In this document: one piece after another, positions 24,291 through 38,503 of the stretch
How positions within the stretch are numbered: the first letter of the stretch is position 1
Layout of the letters: each line of letters starts with the position of its first letter
Source: Paragordius varius
Taxonomy: Eukaryota > Animalia > Nematomorpha
Assembly (NCBI GenBank): GCA_964247055.1
Contig: OZ176057.1
Coordinates: 310,001-374,000 of the forward strand
DNA: 64,000 bases
Direction: 5' to 3'
The notes under the pieces: generated by a model
The model's input: only the letters and a program-made list of their open reading frames with translations
Told to the model about the DNA's origin: nothing
Databases searched by the model: none
Made by a program: the position numbers and the translations under genes

Positions 24291-25959
24291 CAGCCTTTTT
24301 TTGTGAAGTAATAAGTAATGCATGTCCATCTTCTTTCTCAGGCACTAATTTGACAATGATAAAAATAGACGCGACCTTTTGGGGGGAATATGTGTGGTTT
24401 GGTTTTAGGTGTCAGAAGTACCTGTAAAAAAATAATCATCTGGATTATTTTCGTTAATTAGCCCAAAGATCAATTGGAAATATTCAATATGAAAAAACCC
24501 ATTTTTCGCTTGCTAACCGAAATCTCATTAGGGTTTTTTTAAAAATATGCTGACAGGAATTTTGAATAAAACAATGCAACCTTGGCAGAAAACAAAAAAA
24601 CCAAAAATTTAAGACCCGGACAGCAACTTAACCATCTTGCCATTTAGACATTAAGAAAATTATTAAAAAACGGATTATCAGTCGTTAAAGGCTATTCATA
24701 TTCGCTTACATTGCGTTTCATTTTTATTTACAAAATGTAAACTCAAAAAATACAGGTGGTTACAAATATGGTTATCTAATGTACCCTAATTAATACTGTA
24801 AAAAATATAGAGCACAGATTCAAATTTTTAGATTCGGAAAAGAGGTAAATATGTTTTGACTAATATATTAATATTCTTTGAATAATTTATATCACCTATT
24901 AGAGGTTTTTATACATCAAATTAATTTTTATCAAATTTAAAATTATGTCTAATCATTAATTGTTAAGAGTTGAACTAAAAAGGGAATATGGGATGTGTGC
25001 GAGTGTGGAATCTTTAAAAACGGATGTGGGTTGAATGATCGAAAGTCTGTTGGCATCGTTTTTTAATTGATTTATACTAAAGAGATTTATAAAAATGAAA
25101 AATTATGTTCCTTCAAAATTATACCTAAGAAACCAGTTGTATAATAAAATCGGCTTTCCAATGGGTCAATAGATTTGAATTTTTTAATGTCGACAATAGG
25201 GGAATATGAAATTTTAAATCAAACGTAACGATACGCCCATAGGCTCTTTAAAGGCTTCGTGGGTGGATATCGCACTATTTTATTTTGTCTTGAATTTATT
25301 TTTTATCGTGCCTGCTAACCTTTCTACTATCCCATTTTTTTAGGATGGTAGGGGGTAACTTTATTCACCCATAACTTAAAGTTGACGCAAAATACTCACT
25401 ATTAAAATACGATGCGTTACCGCTAACTAGCTCTCTTACAAAACCAAAACTTGCAAAATTCTACCTTGTAAATTACATTCGGTGGGTTTTTTAATACACC
25501 ATTTTGCCCTTTGATAGCCGATCGATAAACTTTTTATAAATAATCAGTAATAAATTTTCAACCATATACAAACTTATGGAACTTTCTCAGTTCAAACATA
25601 TTGCTCTTTATCGATGGTGGAGTAGTTCCGTTCGGCGTTACTGCATTTTTGCGAGGCATAAGCGAGGCACCTTTTCACTATTAACCTCATGAAATAATCC
25701 AAATCCTATATCTGACGCCTCCGTTTCTATTATCATTTCACCATTAAAATTTAAGTACCTCGCGAAGGGCTGTTCCATTGATGCGTAGATGTATAGATTG
25801 ACATGGTCCGGAGAGTTTAACGGCGTTTTTATCCAAATACTGTATCCTTCCCTCGTTTTACTGTTGAGAGGTTAGGGTATCAAAATCGCTTTGCCTTCTC
25901 TTTTGGTTTTTAATTATTTCATAGTCGATAACAAACAGCTTTTAGCATTGCGTTTGTAT

Positions 25960-26460
25960 TTTGGTCTTATAGCGGGTTTCGAAAGTTTGGCTCCAATAGA
26001 CAGATAACATAGCCTCATTGACCAGGATTGATAAGATTTATAAAGCACACAATACCCGTTCCAATTCGATGCTAAAATAATTTCTTTTTTTGAGGTTCAA
26101 AAATGACTTCATTAGTGGCTTGAAACTTTCGATTTGACTTTCATTCATATCGTTTTGCAATTTACCGAGTTTATTGTTTTACCCATTGTTATTATCTATG
26201 CTTTTTGATGCATATAATGCTCCTACCGATTGTTTTAAGTTTGAGTTAGGACATCATCCAAAAACTCTTGCGCTTGATCCTCTTTGTAGATGTTTGATTC
26301 AACAAGCGCCCGCTTCACAGTCAAATCACATTTATATTTTCGAAAACATTCTTAGCATGTTTTAATCGATCGAGCATGTTCGCTATATGTTTCTACCAAC
26401 AAACGAATATTTTAACAGCTTTTATCTTATCATGGAATAAGTAACGTGTGCCGCGAATGT
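25960..26460 (-). mobile_element. Decayed mariner transposase, 5' half
   Basis: RLLVETYSEHARSIKTC.ECFRKYKCD (cf. RMLVEAFGEQVPTVKTCERWFQRFKSGD) and QEFLDDV. Confidence 0.7.
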
Positions 26461-27268
26461 TCTTTATTAGGCACAGAATTTGAAATGATTAATCAATGAT
26501 ATAAACTAACGTGGTGGAATCAGTATGTGTGATTTCTTACTTAATGTCAGATAACAAACTGTATGTAACAAAATAATCTGCTTATTTTTCGTATACTTTT
26601 CTCATATACGGAAAACAACATAACCGTATCAAACTGAGAAATATATAATCAATTCACCATACAGATTAAAATTAATTAAAAATGTTAAAAATGAAATTTC
26701 AATCACAACGATATTACCAATTTTAGATTGGAGAAAAACAAATTTCTTTCCGCTAAGAACCATGAATACAATTATATTTTTTGCTTTAAAACTGTTTATT
26801 CGGGTTCTAAAAAAACCATCGGAATTTCTAAAAACCTGTGAACCTTGGTAGTCAACATCAAAACTAAGAATCGCAATTTTTAGAAGATTTTATTCTCATA
26901 ATTCCAAAAAGTCGATCTCGACTCTAACAACGCATTATTCATTTAGTGACAATCCATAAGATGAGAAAATATTACTTTATAATCAGTTGTTAAACGCATT
27001 TTTATATTCGCTAACATAGGTTTTGGTATTATCTAACAAAATTCATAGTGAGCCGACCAAATAATACCGTTAATGTATAACAATTATAAATATGTGAACG
27101 ATTGTGAATTAAAACGATTTGCGTGTACTCTAGGACTCTATCAAAATGGGGATTAAATGTCCTTAAATATACTAAATATACCAGACTCCGCTTTGAACTA
27201 TCAAATAAGCTATCCATTGATAAATATAATCAAGGTTTAAAAAGTATAGTTGTCTTTTTTAAAAAATA

Positions 27269-27545
27269 CAGTAAAATTTGGAATTATATAGACAAAAGTA
27301 AAAATTTAAAGACAAATACTTTTATCTAAAAGAGAACCATATTTTTTCAAAAATATTTTTTCGTAAGCTATTTAGTTACAATTGTAAAACATAGAATTGA
27401 TTGAGTTGGTAATATTATCAGTTTTTCATACTTTGCCATTTAAAACAATGAGTTATATTGAAATAAATCACACTTAAAAAGTATGGTTGTCTCTAAAAAA
27501 ATTTTTGTCTGATACGTTTTATCCGTATGATTTCATTTTATGATG
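27269..27545. mobile_element. CAGTAAAA-family MITE, degraded right end
   Basis: TA|CAGTAAAATTTGGAATTATATAGACAAAAG; internal blocks TTTAGTTACAAT and TAAAACAATGAGTTATATTGA are shared with 13670-13947. Confidence 0.7.
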
Positions 27546-27870
27546 TACTTTAGATCATTTCATTGTTTAAAATATTTTTTGACGTTTTCTGTATAATTAT
27601 TATACTGTGTATATCAATTTTTATTCTAAACCTTATAAAATTAAATATATAGATTAAAAAATAAAGGCTTATTTTCCACATGATGAATATGAAAAAAATT
27701 GTTTAACTTTTTTATGCAAATATAATTGCTTAAATGATTTTGCCTTTAAATTAAATTTATTTTAATATGTTAGAATAACTATTATTTAAATGGCTCGAAT
27801 AGGTGGTATTTTTTTTAAATATATATCCATATTTAATTTGATAATAGCATTAAATACGATTGAAAAAAAT

Positions 27871-28099
27871 TAGTAAAAATTTATATTATACGGATAAAAT
27901 ATAAATAAGAAAAATATATTTTTAAAGACACAACCATACTTAGCTCTTTCCAATTTAACCAATCAACACAGATGCAATTTATGAAACAAGTTATATTTAA
28001 AAAAAAAACAAGCGCAAAAAGTATGGTTATTGAGTTTTTGATGAAAAAAATATTTCTTGTAATTTTCACGATTTGTCCGTATATTTTAATTTTTTACTG
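27871..28099. mobile_element. CAGTAAAA-family MITE
   Basis: TAGTAAAAATTTATATTATACGGATAAAAT ... ATTTGTCCGTATATTTTAATTTTTTACTG. Confidence 0.6.
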
Positions 28100-29102
28100 C
28101 AAAAGAAATTTTAACATTTTTCAATTTAGCCCTTTTGACTTTCACGTGAATTCGGTTTCAATGGTACAGTATCATATATGTCATCCTCAGACTTGAAAGA
28201 TGTAATAAACTCTGGAAAAATTGATAATAATACTCATCATATCGAGAGCAATGAATTAGAACTGGATAAAGTAATCATACATTCCTAAAAAATTTATTTT
28301 ATATTGCAATTTTATTCTTTGATTATTTAATGATTGATATTTTTGTTTAAAAACTTAATTATTTACCATAACAACTATCTTGGGGAGTATTTTAGCTATG
28401 TAAAATTTAAATAATAAGTAAAAGATATTTCTAAAAATAAATCGAATAAGTAAGAAACAGGATCTGCGAGGTATTTTTAGATTTTTCCATATTTGAAAAA
28501 ATCGGCATATAACAGATAACTAAATATAATTATTTTGGCTATAATTATATTCAATAGCTTAAATTTAAATCCTAAATTTTATAAAGGTATATAATATTTA
28601 TATACAATATAACTTTACAATTTTGCAAATTTATTAATATATTGTTGAAATTATTTTTAAAGATAAAATTATTAAAATACAAACCTAAAGATTGTAAAAA
28701 ATATTTTTCAATAAAAATTGAAATATATAATGTAACAATATTTTTTCTAAAAAACAACCATCCTTTTTCAATCTGATTTTTTAAAATTATAACGCATTTC
28801 TTAAATTGCAAAGTATGAAATATAAAGCTCGATTTTCAATAAACTCATTGTTATTAAAACAAAGTATGAATTAAATTGGCATTACGATCAATTATATATT
28901 AAACAATTGTATTAATATAAATCAATTTTCGTTTTGTCCGTACAATTTAGAAACTTTCTATTCAATATAATTGATTGTTTTAAACAACAAAGTATCAATT
29001 AGACATTTTAATTGGTAATACCATCCATTATATATTAACAAATTTAAATGGTTGTCTTTTATAAAAAATATATCATTTTTCATTTACTGTGGATTATTAC
29101 AG

Positions 29103-30046
29103 AAATTACTATTTCGATTCTGTAAATGAGTGCTTGCAATATCGAATGCATGAAAATCCCTATTGTTTTGCTTCTCTCGATTGTTGTTTTGATACTTTAA
29201 TCATCGGTCATGATAACAATTTTACAGGTAATATATATTTTTTATGTTAAAATTGTAAAGATGAAACTTTAAAGTATGGGAAAAATTACATTGCGACACG
29301 GATGTATGGAACAAAAGTGTCCAGGTGAAGCCAATTTAAAAATTTGAATGGCTCTTAAAAAATTTAAAAAAATAAATTTTTGGAAAAAGCTTAATTTTTG
29401 AGTGGCGATGTAAAATTTTAAAAATGTTTTTTGGAAAGTAAAAATTTTAAATTTGTTGGTGCGAATTTTTTATAATTTTTCATCACATTCATTTGAAATG
29501 TTTTTTATCAGTTTAAGTTCAGCAGGAATTTAAGTGGGCTAGTTTATGTTGTCTTTTAATTCATTAAATTTTTTGATTGTTAATTGTGAAATCTTCTTTA
29601 AAAGCAGATATATTTAAAAATTAATTTGATTCATCCATGCATTTCATCAAATTCGTTTTTACACATACAATACAATTTGACAGCAATTTTAGTAATAACA
29701 TAATATTTTTACTAGTTATTTGGTTATCTATATATGGAAAATTAATACATTTCTATATGTTTATATAATAAAATTATGTCTTGATATATTAATTTAAACG
29801 TGGATCTTAGGATTTTTGAGGTGGAAAATGTCGCTCCTCAATCCATTTGTGTTGGACACCCCTGGGCCTAAATAGTGCGCCATTACGCCTAAACTCCATT
29901 TTTTGGCGAACAGTTTCTGTCATGCAACCCAAAACGATCGGTTTTTAGCAATATCAAGGTTGTCTGTGTAAAAATTTACTTATATTTTTGCAGCTATAAC
30001 TTGCTGTCCGTGTATGATGGCAAACAATAATAGTACTGTTAAATAT
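29103..30046 (+). CDS. Two putative internal exons of a Cys-rich, possibly PLAC8-like protein
   Basis: AG/GT-bounded, stop-free, phase-matched exons 29103-29227 and 29994-30046 give NYYFDSVNECLQYRMHENPYCFASLDCCFDTLIIGHDNNFTAITCCPCMMANNNSTVKY. A possible first exon is 28179-28270 (MSSSDLKD...ELDK|gtaatc). Confidence 0.45.
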
Positions 30047-30840
30047 GTAAATTTTATTTTATATATTTTCTCAATAGACAAAAACTCCATTATCTGTTTT
30101 ATAATTTATTGATTTAGTATAGGAACTTGGCGGTATTTATTTCAATATAAAAAAAGCATTTATTTTAATTTGAAATTAGGGCGGCATTTTTTGATTGTAT
30201 AAAATATTATCATTGTTGGAAATAAGGGAATCGCGGCAGTTATATAGAATTGTATGTAATGTTCACCTGGAAATATTTGATCAACAAATCGAAATTTTTA
30301 TATCCAATTTATGTATCATATAAAATTGTCATTGGATGAATATAACTAACGAATCGATTCAAAAAATGAAATTATATGTGCTTCCATTTTTTGTCAGTAG
30401 TGGATATTATACAATATCGTTTTTAAAGTACGCCCAAAGAAATAACCTATAAAAACAAATTTTGGATATAATGGGCAATACTCAAGATAGATTGAATAGC
30501 CTTTTTCTTCATATGCATCATTGTCAATGCTTTATAGTATCAAAATGAAAACCGGCGCAGTCTCATTACCACGTTAAAAATGCCTTACAGTATGCACATA
30601 AAAACCGCCGCAATCTCCATTCCCAAGTTAACTAGGCTTTACAATATCCAAAAATGCCGCAATCTCTTTATTTTCAACAATGACAATATTTTATACAATC
30701 TAAAAATGTCGCAATCTCCTTTCAACAATTATAATGAATGCTTTTATATTAAAATAAATATCGCCAAATTCATATGCGAAATCATAAATAATAATGGAAA
30801 TAAATTTTTGTCTATTAAAATATTATATAAAATAAAACTA
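30047..30840. mobile_element. Foldback-type element with ~200-bp imperfect TIRs built of ~40-bp GCGG-containing subrepeats
   Basis: 30050-30245 is the approximate reverse complement of 30590-30840. The core 30260-30520 matches 42710-42990 in inverted orientation. No TSD identified. Confidence 0.7.
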
Positions 30841-31289
30841 GCTGGTTTGCTGTGACGTAGTCTCATCGATATTTATTTTTAATAATTTGCAATAAATAAT
30901 GGATATCGACATAAAAAATAATAAAAAACATATTTAATTGAAAGAATGTCTTTAATTATGCTTTTACTGGTTTTTGCAATGGCTTAAATATTGTTTACTC
31001 AAAATCGACCACATTTAAACTGTCCCTTATTAAAGTAAATATTCAACTATCATTGGAAATTATTAAAAGATTTTCGTTTTGGGAAATTATAGTTGAAAGT
31101 TTTATTTCAAAATTGTGTTCACACAGCTGGGATCAAGGGATATAAAAGGTAAATCATTTGTGGTCCCTTTTTAAAGGAAAGAATGATATTATACAAATTT
31201 CCCAGAAATGTGTTTAATACTCGTATGGCTTCTTATGTTTTTTAAAAATTAGCTCCAAAACCATGCCATTTTTGTATGGCATATCAGTT

Positions 31290-32260
31290 TTAAACCGGTA
31301 CTCTACCCATAGACATATATGGAAAAAGCGCTGAGTTAAATTCTTTGCCTTGTAGGGCAAATATTTGGAATCATCGTTGATACCATCGTCTCATGGGTTA
31401 TTTGGAAAAAATACCTCAACACTAAATTATTGTTATATCATGGCGTTTTAAGGCATAAAGGCCTAAAATTAACTGCTAATAAAAAACGCCTGACCTTTTT
31501 TACCTAGTTACGGGTAATATTTCAGGCTCTTATTAAAATTGTGGCCTGATAATTTTCCGAAAATAAACTCCTGAGCAACGCAATTTCGATATAGTAGCGC
31601 AGTTTTAGGCTTGTAGCTCCCTACCCAGAGACTGATATTATAAAACGCTTGATTAAAGTTTTTGCCTTTATATGGAATACCTGGAATCATTATTTTCCAT
31701 ATGTTCAAAGTAGTTTTTGGAAGAATGGCTTCAAAACTAAATAATTGATCAATGATAGCGCATTTTTTAGGGCGTAAATGACCTAATTAACGGTTAATTT
31801 TAAAACCGATCGAATTTTCCTTTTTACGAGTAATATTTTAAGCCCCTATCGAACTCATATGGCCTGATGAGTTTTCTGAAAATAATCCCCTATACAACGT
31901 AGATATAGCGGCGCAGTTTTAGGCGGGTAGCTCTCTACCCAGAGACTGATACAAAAAAACGCTTGATTAAAATCTCTGCCTTTTTGCGAAGAATACTTGG
32001 AATCATGAGTGATTCCATACGCTCCCATTAGTTTTTGGAAAAATTGCCTTTGATGGCGCATTTTCAGGGCGTGAAGGGCCTAATTAACGGCTAATTTTAA
32101 AAACCGTTCGACCCAAATTTTTTTGTTACGTATTTTAAGCAACTATTATGGCCTGATAGGTTTTCTGATATTTAGCCTCAAAGGCACCCTATTTCGATAT
32201 GACGAGACAGTTTTTTGCGGGTATCTTCTTACCCGCCATTATAAAAAACGAACGACTAAA
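31290..32260. repeat. Degenerate tandem repeat, ~315-bp unit, ~3 copies
   Basis: Anchor CTACCC(A/G) at 31303, 31621, 31935 and ~32229; GGCCTGATA(A/G)TTTT and CGCAGTTTTAGGC recur with the same period. Confidence 0.75.
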
Positions 32261-32859
32261 AATTTCCCTAACAGGGAATACATGGAAATTGAATTTTTAC
32301 AGTCACATACCTTGGCAAAAATAGATTCAAAAAATTATTTTTGTGTACTTAGTTATTTTGAAAAAAATGGCTAAAATTGAATGGTCCAACATCTTTTCCG
32401 GAAAAATAATCTTAAAGACACGATTTTTGTGGACTTCGGTTTTCAAAAAAACCGTTTTTTACACGGGGTGGGCCCGAACTGGGAACCTAATTCGAAAAAA
32501 GGGTGAAGCTATTGTCGGGGCATTCATTAATCATTATATTTTTTCAACATTTGAATTTCAATATGTCTATTTTCCGAAAACGGATCGCAAAGCCATCATT
32601 TTTCATTTTTATAAAAATAAAGATTTCCATATTTAACAGCACCATAAATGTTTGCCAAGGTTTTTTCATACACTAGGACAGCAAAAATTTTAAATAACCT
32701 AAAGATAATATATTCAATTAATAATTTATGAATTCCACGTTAACAATGATTAACAATATCAAAATAAAAACCCCCGCAATCTTTTTATATCAAAAGTTAA
32801 CAATGCTTTACTAAATCCAAGATGTTATTGAAAATTCATTATTTAACAAAGCAGTTTGT

Positions 32860-33180
32860 CGGTTGATTCATACAATTATGTTGACGGAGTACGTTGACAC
32901 AGGATTGTTATTGACCTAGATTGTTTACTGTAATATATTAAACTTCACCCTTTAGAATCTCCGGTGGCTATGCTTGTTTTAGAGAAGGGTGCTGCCAAAA
33001 ATTATTTGGTTATATATTTTAGCGAAAACTTATACAATTAGTACAGTGACTTAATAAATCTAGTAGATATGCATACCGCAGCAAGTCATCGGCCGACCAT
33101 CGATCGATGATTTCTTTATGCAAAAATTTATGTAAAAAATCAGTGAAAACTGTGGAAATTGATTTGGCCAGGGTGAAAAT
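32860..33180 (-). pseudogene. Decayed copy of the last two exons, intron and 3' UTR of the kinase gene
   Basis: Last exon 32991-32908 has the same 84-nt length as the intact one but carries TGG>TAG and a second stop (HPSLKQA*PPEILKGEV*). The preceding exon reads FTDFLHKFLHKEIIDRWSADDLL. Confidence 0.9.
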
Positions 33181-35586
33181 TTTTGTAAAAATTCACTAAA
33201 ATTATAAAGCAAAAAACCCTCATATAAACATTAAGAAGCAAAAAGTTTATCCTCATTAAAATATATACCATAAGTCTCTTTTTATAATTTCTTAAACCGT
33301 TTATATACCCTTTCCATATGCCTAAAAATAGTAATTTAACAAAGCTCCTTTAAAAAAGATTTTTGAAAAAATATGTTATTAAAAAAAATTTAGTTAATAT
33401 AAAATTTGTTGTAATTCAAGAGTGTCCTTAAACACTTTACTAGTCATCAAACATTTTATGTTGGTCCTTAAATTTTTTAATTTTACTATAAATTGAATGT
33501 ATTTTATTATTTTAATTCACTTGGTTTTATATATTTATTCGTTTAATATTTTGCCTTAAACCAATTGTTATTCGAACTAATTCTATTAAAAAATACATTA
33601 TTTGCACCTCAAGAATGTTGATTACTCCTTGAAGGTTGCAAGTTGGTTTAAACACTTCAAATGATCCTAAATTTTAGGTTATTTTTTAATTTAATTTTCT
33701 TTATTTATTTTATCAGAAAATAAAATTTTTTAACACAAATTTTTTTGTTTCAAATTAATCTTTTCCAATTTAAAATAAAATATTAACTTATAAATGTTTT
33801 TTATGATTGTAATTAATAAGCCATAATAACCCAGAAAACTTATATTTTTAATTGCATGTTATTTTATAAGTGTTCATAATAATTTTTTGAAGTTGAAATT
33901 ATATACGGTTTCTGAAAGATTTAAAGGGGATATGGACTTAAATGCTTAACATAGTATATAGGTTAAAAATGATGATATAGAAATGATACGATTTGATTGA
34001 TAAAAGTAAATATAAAACAAATTGTTAAACGACCAACTTGAAGTGTCCATGGACCAACTTGAAATGTCCAGGTTTGAATATATTGTTTTGCTTTTTATAT
34101 GTAGTTTACAATATATTTTAGTGATATTTTATAAAAGGAAGCATTTAGCTTTCACCAAAATTCTATTTAAAAAATGTGCTATAATTTTGCCATTATATGG
34201 AGCACTTATACCACATAAACTTTGTTAAATCACGCTTAAGGTATTATAATTTTTAAGTAATATAATTACCGAAAAAAATATATAATAAAGTGTCTCTAAA
34301 AAGCAAGACAATATTTTAAAAATGATTTTATCATGTTGGCTCCAAAAATCCCAAATTTTTTCGCTCGTCTAAAATGAACTAATTCAATTTAAACTCAAAA
34401 AGGCCTGAATCGCGCGATAAATTTTTTATATTGCTAAATTTGACATTAGATGTTATTTTGAAAAATGTATTTTATTTACAATGAGCTACTTAGATATAAA
34501 ACTCTCTTATAAACTTGGACAAAAAACGAAAAGGTAATTAAGTGTTAAAAAACATGATATTACTTGTTTTATAGAAAACCTCAAAGGAAATTAATCACCA
34601 TATGGATTAACTATTTCCAGGGAGTTTTACAAGCAAATGAGTATTTTAACCATTATTAGTTTTTAATTTAATTCTAATATAGAGTATCATTCATGAGTTT
34701 AATAGCTATTTTATTTTGGAAGATTTGCGTTTGTGAGGAGTTTATATATACTGCGTCATCTTGCCAATTAATCACAGTCCAAGTGTATCAATAAAAAAAT
34801 TTCCGCAAATAGATACTCGTTATTGGCATAGAAATCTTTAACATCTAATTCTAATTAAATTTAATTAGACTTTTTTTATAAACCTCTATTATTGTTAACG
34901 AGATATGTTTTAATTTAATCAATACATAAAAGTTAACATGTAGCATAAAATAGTGCCGAAATGAAAAAAAATTAAAATTTAGTTTCATATGTCTTCTTAT
35001 CTATAACTCAATCTAAACAAGAGTCCACAAAAAATATCCTAAAAAATGCATTACAAGTCATGCTTTATATTGTTGCCCTAAATGACTTATTAACAATTTT
35101 GTGATAACCCATGGGAAATGGCAGAACGCGCACATTTTGTTAAATATTTTTAGTGAATGTTTTATTCCAAATACCATCAATAAAATATATCACAAACAAA
35201 ATACAAAAAGCAAAATGCTTTTTTTAATATTATAATTTTTTTCCCTTCTTTAATGGTATTTTCAACTTTTCACATTTTGTCCGCAATGACATATTACGTT
35301 GGTTTTAACCCCCTGAGCTCAATCTTAAATCAAACTATTGATATAAGATTTATTTTGGTTGAAATTTTATTATCTACGTTATATTGTTAATTCTGTTATT
35401 GCCTTTTATTAAATTATTTTAACTTCTCTCTCTCTGTATAAACCTTATATCTTATAATATTTTTAATTTATTCATATTCAGTTTCAAAACCCAATTTTTT
35501 TATCCCCATGATCATTCCATTTCTAACAAGGTAGGTTTTTATTATTAATATAGCCTTGTAATTTATATAATTACTTTCATCATCAG

Positions 35587-37193
35587 ATGCCTAAACTCAA
35601 CGGTTACGAAAATAGAAAACGAAAAATCTAGGAAGATAGTAACACAAATAAATTGAGAATGAGTATGAAATCTTATTTAGTGAAAATATCTGACCATAAC
35701 ATTGAAAAAAGTGTACTGAAACCCTAGTTATTGATATAATAAATAGAAGTGAGTACAGATAACCATTAGTAATTCCAAACGCTATACCTGGATAGTTTAA
35801 TGATGTCGCTTTTTAAATTTTACTAATAATAGTATTCCCGTAATATCTAATCAACTTCGCGAAATGATAATCTCAAGGATTTCAAAATAATTCTTTTTGA
35901 AACAAAAAATCATTGTTCAATGCCCCAATATTGGTTTTTTTGACGTGACGATAAAAAGAAGGATTCAAAGTTGAGATGTCTTGACTACCATAATCACCAA
36001 AGAACAAATCTGCATTGTTTTTGTTACCTACTTTTTTAGCGATCTTCTACCATCATTTTTTAAAACTACGCATAGTTTTAAATGTGAAATAGAAAAATTA
36101 ATCCATCATGAAAATAAGTTCCATCGAAAAGCATTTACTACTTGGAAAGAGGCAGAAATGAGAATGAAAATAAAATAGGAATTGATTCTGGTCTAGAGGT
36201 TCACATACAAGCTAAAAACGATTGATGGCTAAATATTTTACATCGAATATTGGCCTGCATGAAATTTTTAATCATCCAAAATCTCCCTTTCGAGGAAATT
36301 GTGAAAGTTTAATTTACTAAGATGACTCAGACCAAATCTTGGAAAACTCTTATCTTTACCTGTAGCTCAGTTTGACCCAATAATGGTAAAACACGTAAGA
36401 AACATTAACTCTCCTAACACTAATCCTATGTTTCAACCAAAATTTAAAACGAGTTTATACATCTTTTAACTTCAAGAGTTGAAGCTAAATTGATTGATGA
36501 CATAAAAAGTAAATATTATGGAATTATATTTGATTCAACGTCAAATATACCCCACCTAACAGTTATGTGTTTATTATGTGAAAAATAAAGTTGTCATAAA
36601 AAATCCTTTTTGGGTTTTTTCAGTTATTAAACAAAGATGCATAATTGAAAATGTAATTTTAGAAAATCTAAATATGGATATTCAGTTAAATGTAGATCTC
36701 GATGCTATGATAATGCAGCTGTGATGTCGGGTCACATTTCAGGCCTTCAACAATTCTGGAAAATAATAAAAAAGCAATATTTGTCAACTGTGACAATCAT
36801 TCCTTGAAGTTAGTAGGGGTTACGGTAGTAAAACATGTGTTTTTGTTGTGACCTGTTTAGAATAATTGAAATTATCTATCCTTTTTCACGTTCAACTATT
36901 GGATGAGGCCTATTAAAAAATAAACTGAAAAAACTTTTAAGCATGAGTCTGAAACCCGATGGCGTGCTAGAATTCAAGCAGTTAATGCCATTGTTGAGGA
37001 AATAGATGAATTGATACGAAGTGAGCCATCTGTTATACTTCAGAGTGTTTTTAGAAGTTGATAGGGTTCAACATAAATTTCAAGATCCTAAAATCAATTT
37101 TAATGAAGCATTCGACGTTTTTATTTTTTTCAAAAAGAGAGGGGTGAGGCGGCGCCATAGGATCGGATGCCGCAAATGCTCAGTACGCCACTG
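35587..37193 (+). mobile_element. Decayed ZMYM1-like hAT element with a preserved right TIR
   Basis: Fragments WLNILHRILACMKFLIIQNLPFRG, KYYGIIFDST, CYDNAAVMSGHISGLQ, FVNCDNHSLKLV and SETRWRARIQAV. Ends GCCGCAAATGCTCAGTACGCCACTG. Confidence 0.85.
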
Positions 37194-38503
37194 CCCCAAT
37201 ACACGATTGAACTAACGGTAAAATAAAACCTGAAAACTTACTCATAAATATTCACATTTTCTAACCATATTTCCATTTATTTTGTATTAGGGATTAAAAA
37301 AATTTCGAGAAAATATGGCGTCCAAAAGGTTTGAGATGATAATTATTTTTAGATTTGAAAGATTTGTTGGCGCCTTAAAGGTTAAGGTAATATTATTATC
37401 AGGTCTAATAGGTTAAATCTTTTAAATATGTTTAGATTACGAGCTCTAAAATATAACTTATAAAATGGTCAGGAAGAGTTAAAATATAGGCAAAAAGGTA
37501 GAGATTATAGTGCATTTTTTGATGTAGGATAGATAATGGCATAAAAACCATTTTGAAAAGCTTATTTTGCTCAAAAATTTATTTCCAAAACTTTGTTGAA
37601 ATGTAATACACAACGGAATTAAAACACTTTTTCTATATAATTCGATTATGACATATCCTATTCTAATTTTGATTAAAATATTCCATCGACTTCCAATTAA
37701 TAATATGGAATTATTGTTCAAAAATCCAAAAGCACGAATTTTTAAATTCAGAGGCGATTGAGATATTCATCACTTGTAAAAAGATGTTTAAATATTATTT
37801 TGAAGTATTTTTATAATTCGATAAAACTTGTTTCACGAATATTTTGCCATAAATTAAAATTAGTGAATTAATGTTATCAAAAAAACTTTATATGATGTCA
37901 AAATTTTACATATAAAATCTAAATGCGCGATCTCGGTCTTGCTGCCTTTAATTTAAGAGGATTGATTAGTGGCATTCAGTCAGATGTAACATTTAAAATT
38001 AGTGTTTTGCTCCTTGTATGTAGTTATTATAGTATTTTATTATATTTTTTTAGATTTAAGCATTTAGCTTTCACCAATAAAAATTTGTCTTACTGAAGCG
38101 TTTATTTTATTTTTTGATATGAAGGAGTTACCACAAAAGTCTTAATAACTTTCTTAAATCAATCGTACGGTCGGGCCATAAAGCACCATGATATTCTGAT
38201 ACATTTTCCCTTCAATATTATATATAGGGTATAATATTTTTGTGGCACTGTATTATATATTATTTTAAATTTTAAACTTTTTATATCGTTTCCATCAAGT
38301 TCAAAATGGCAATAAGTAAATTCAATATTTAATTTTTAAACTATGTAGGCATTTTTTAAAAAATATTGCCATAAAGCGCATATATTTAAAATCCTCTAAT
38401 ATAAAATCTCGGCATTTTGCGCAAATTCGAATTAAACTACCCCATTTTAGGAGATAGAAAAATATGAGACTTTGGAAGCCTACATAAAGGGTGGGGTAAC
38501 AAC

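Noticed and set aside
27070-27160. SAP-domain-like peptide YVNDCELKRFACTLGLYQNG
   Set aside because: Short, ends in a stop, and has no usable splice sites.
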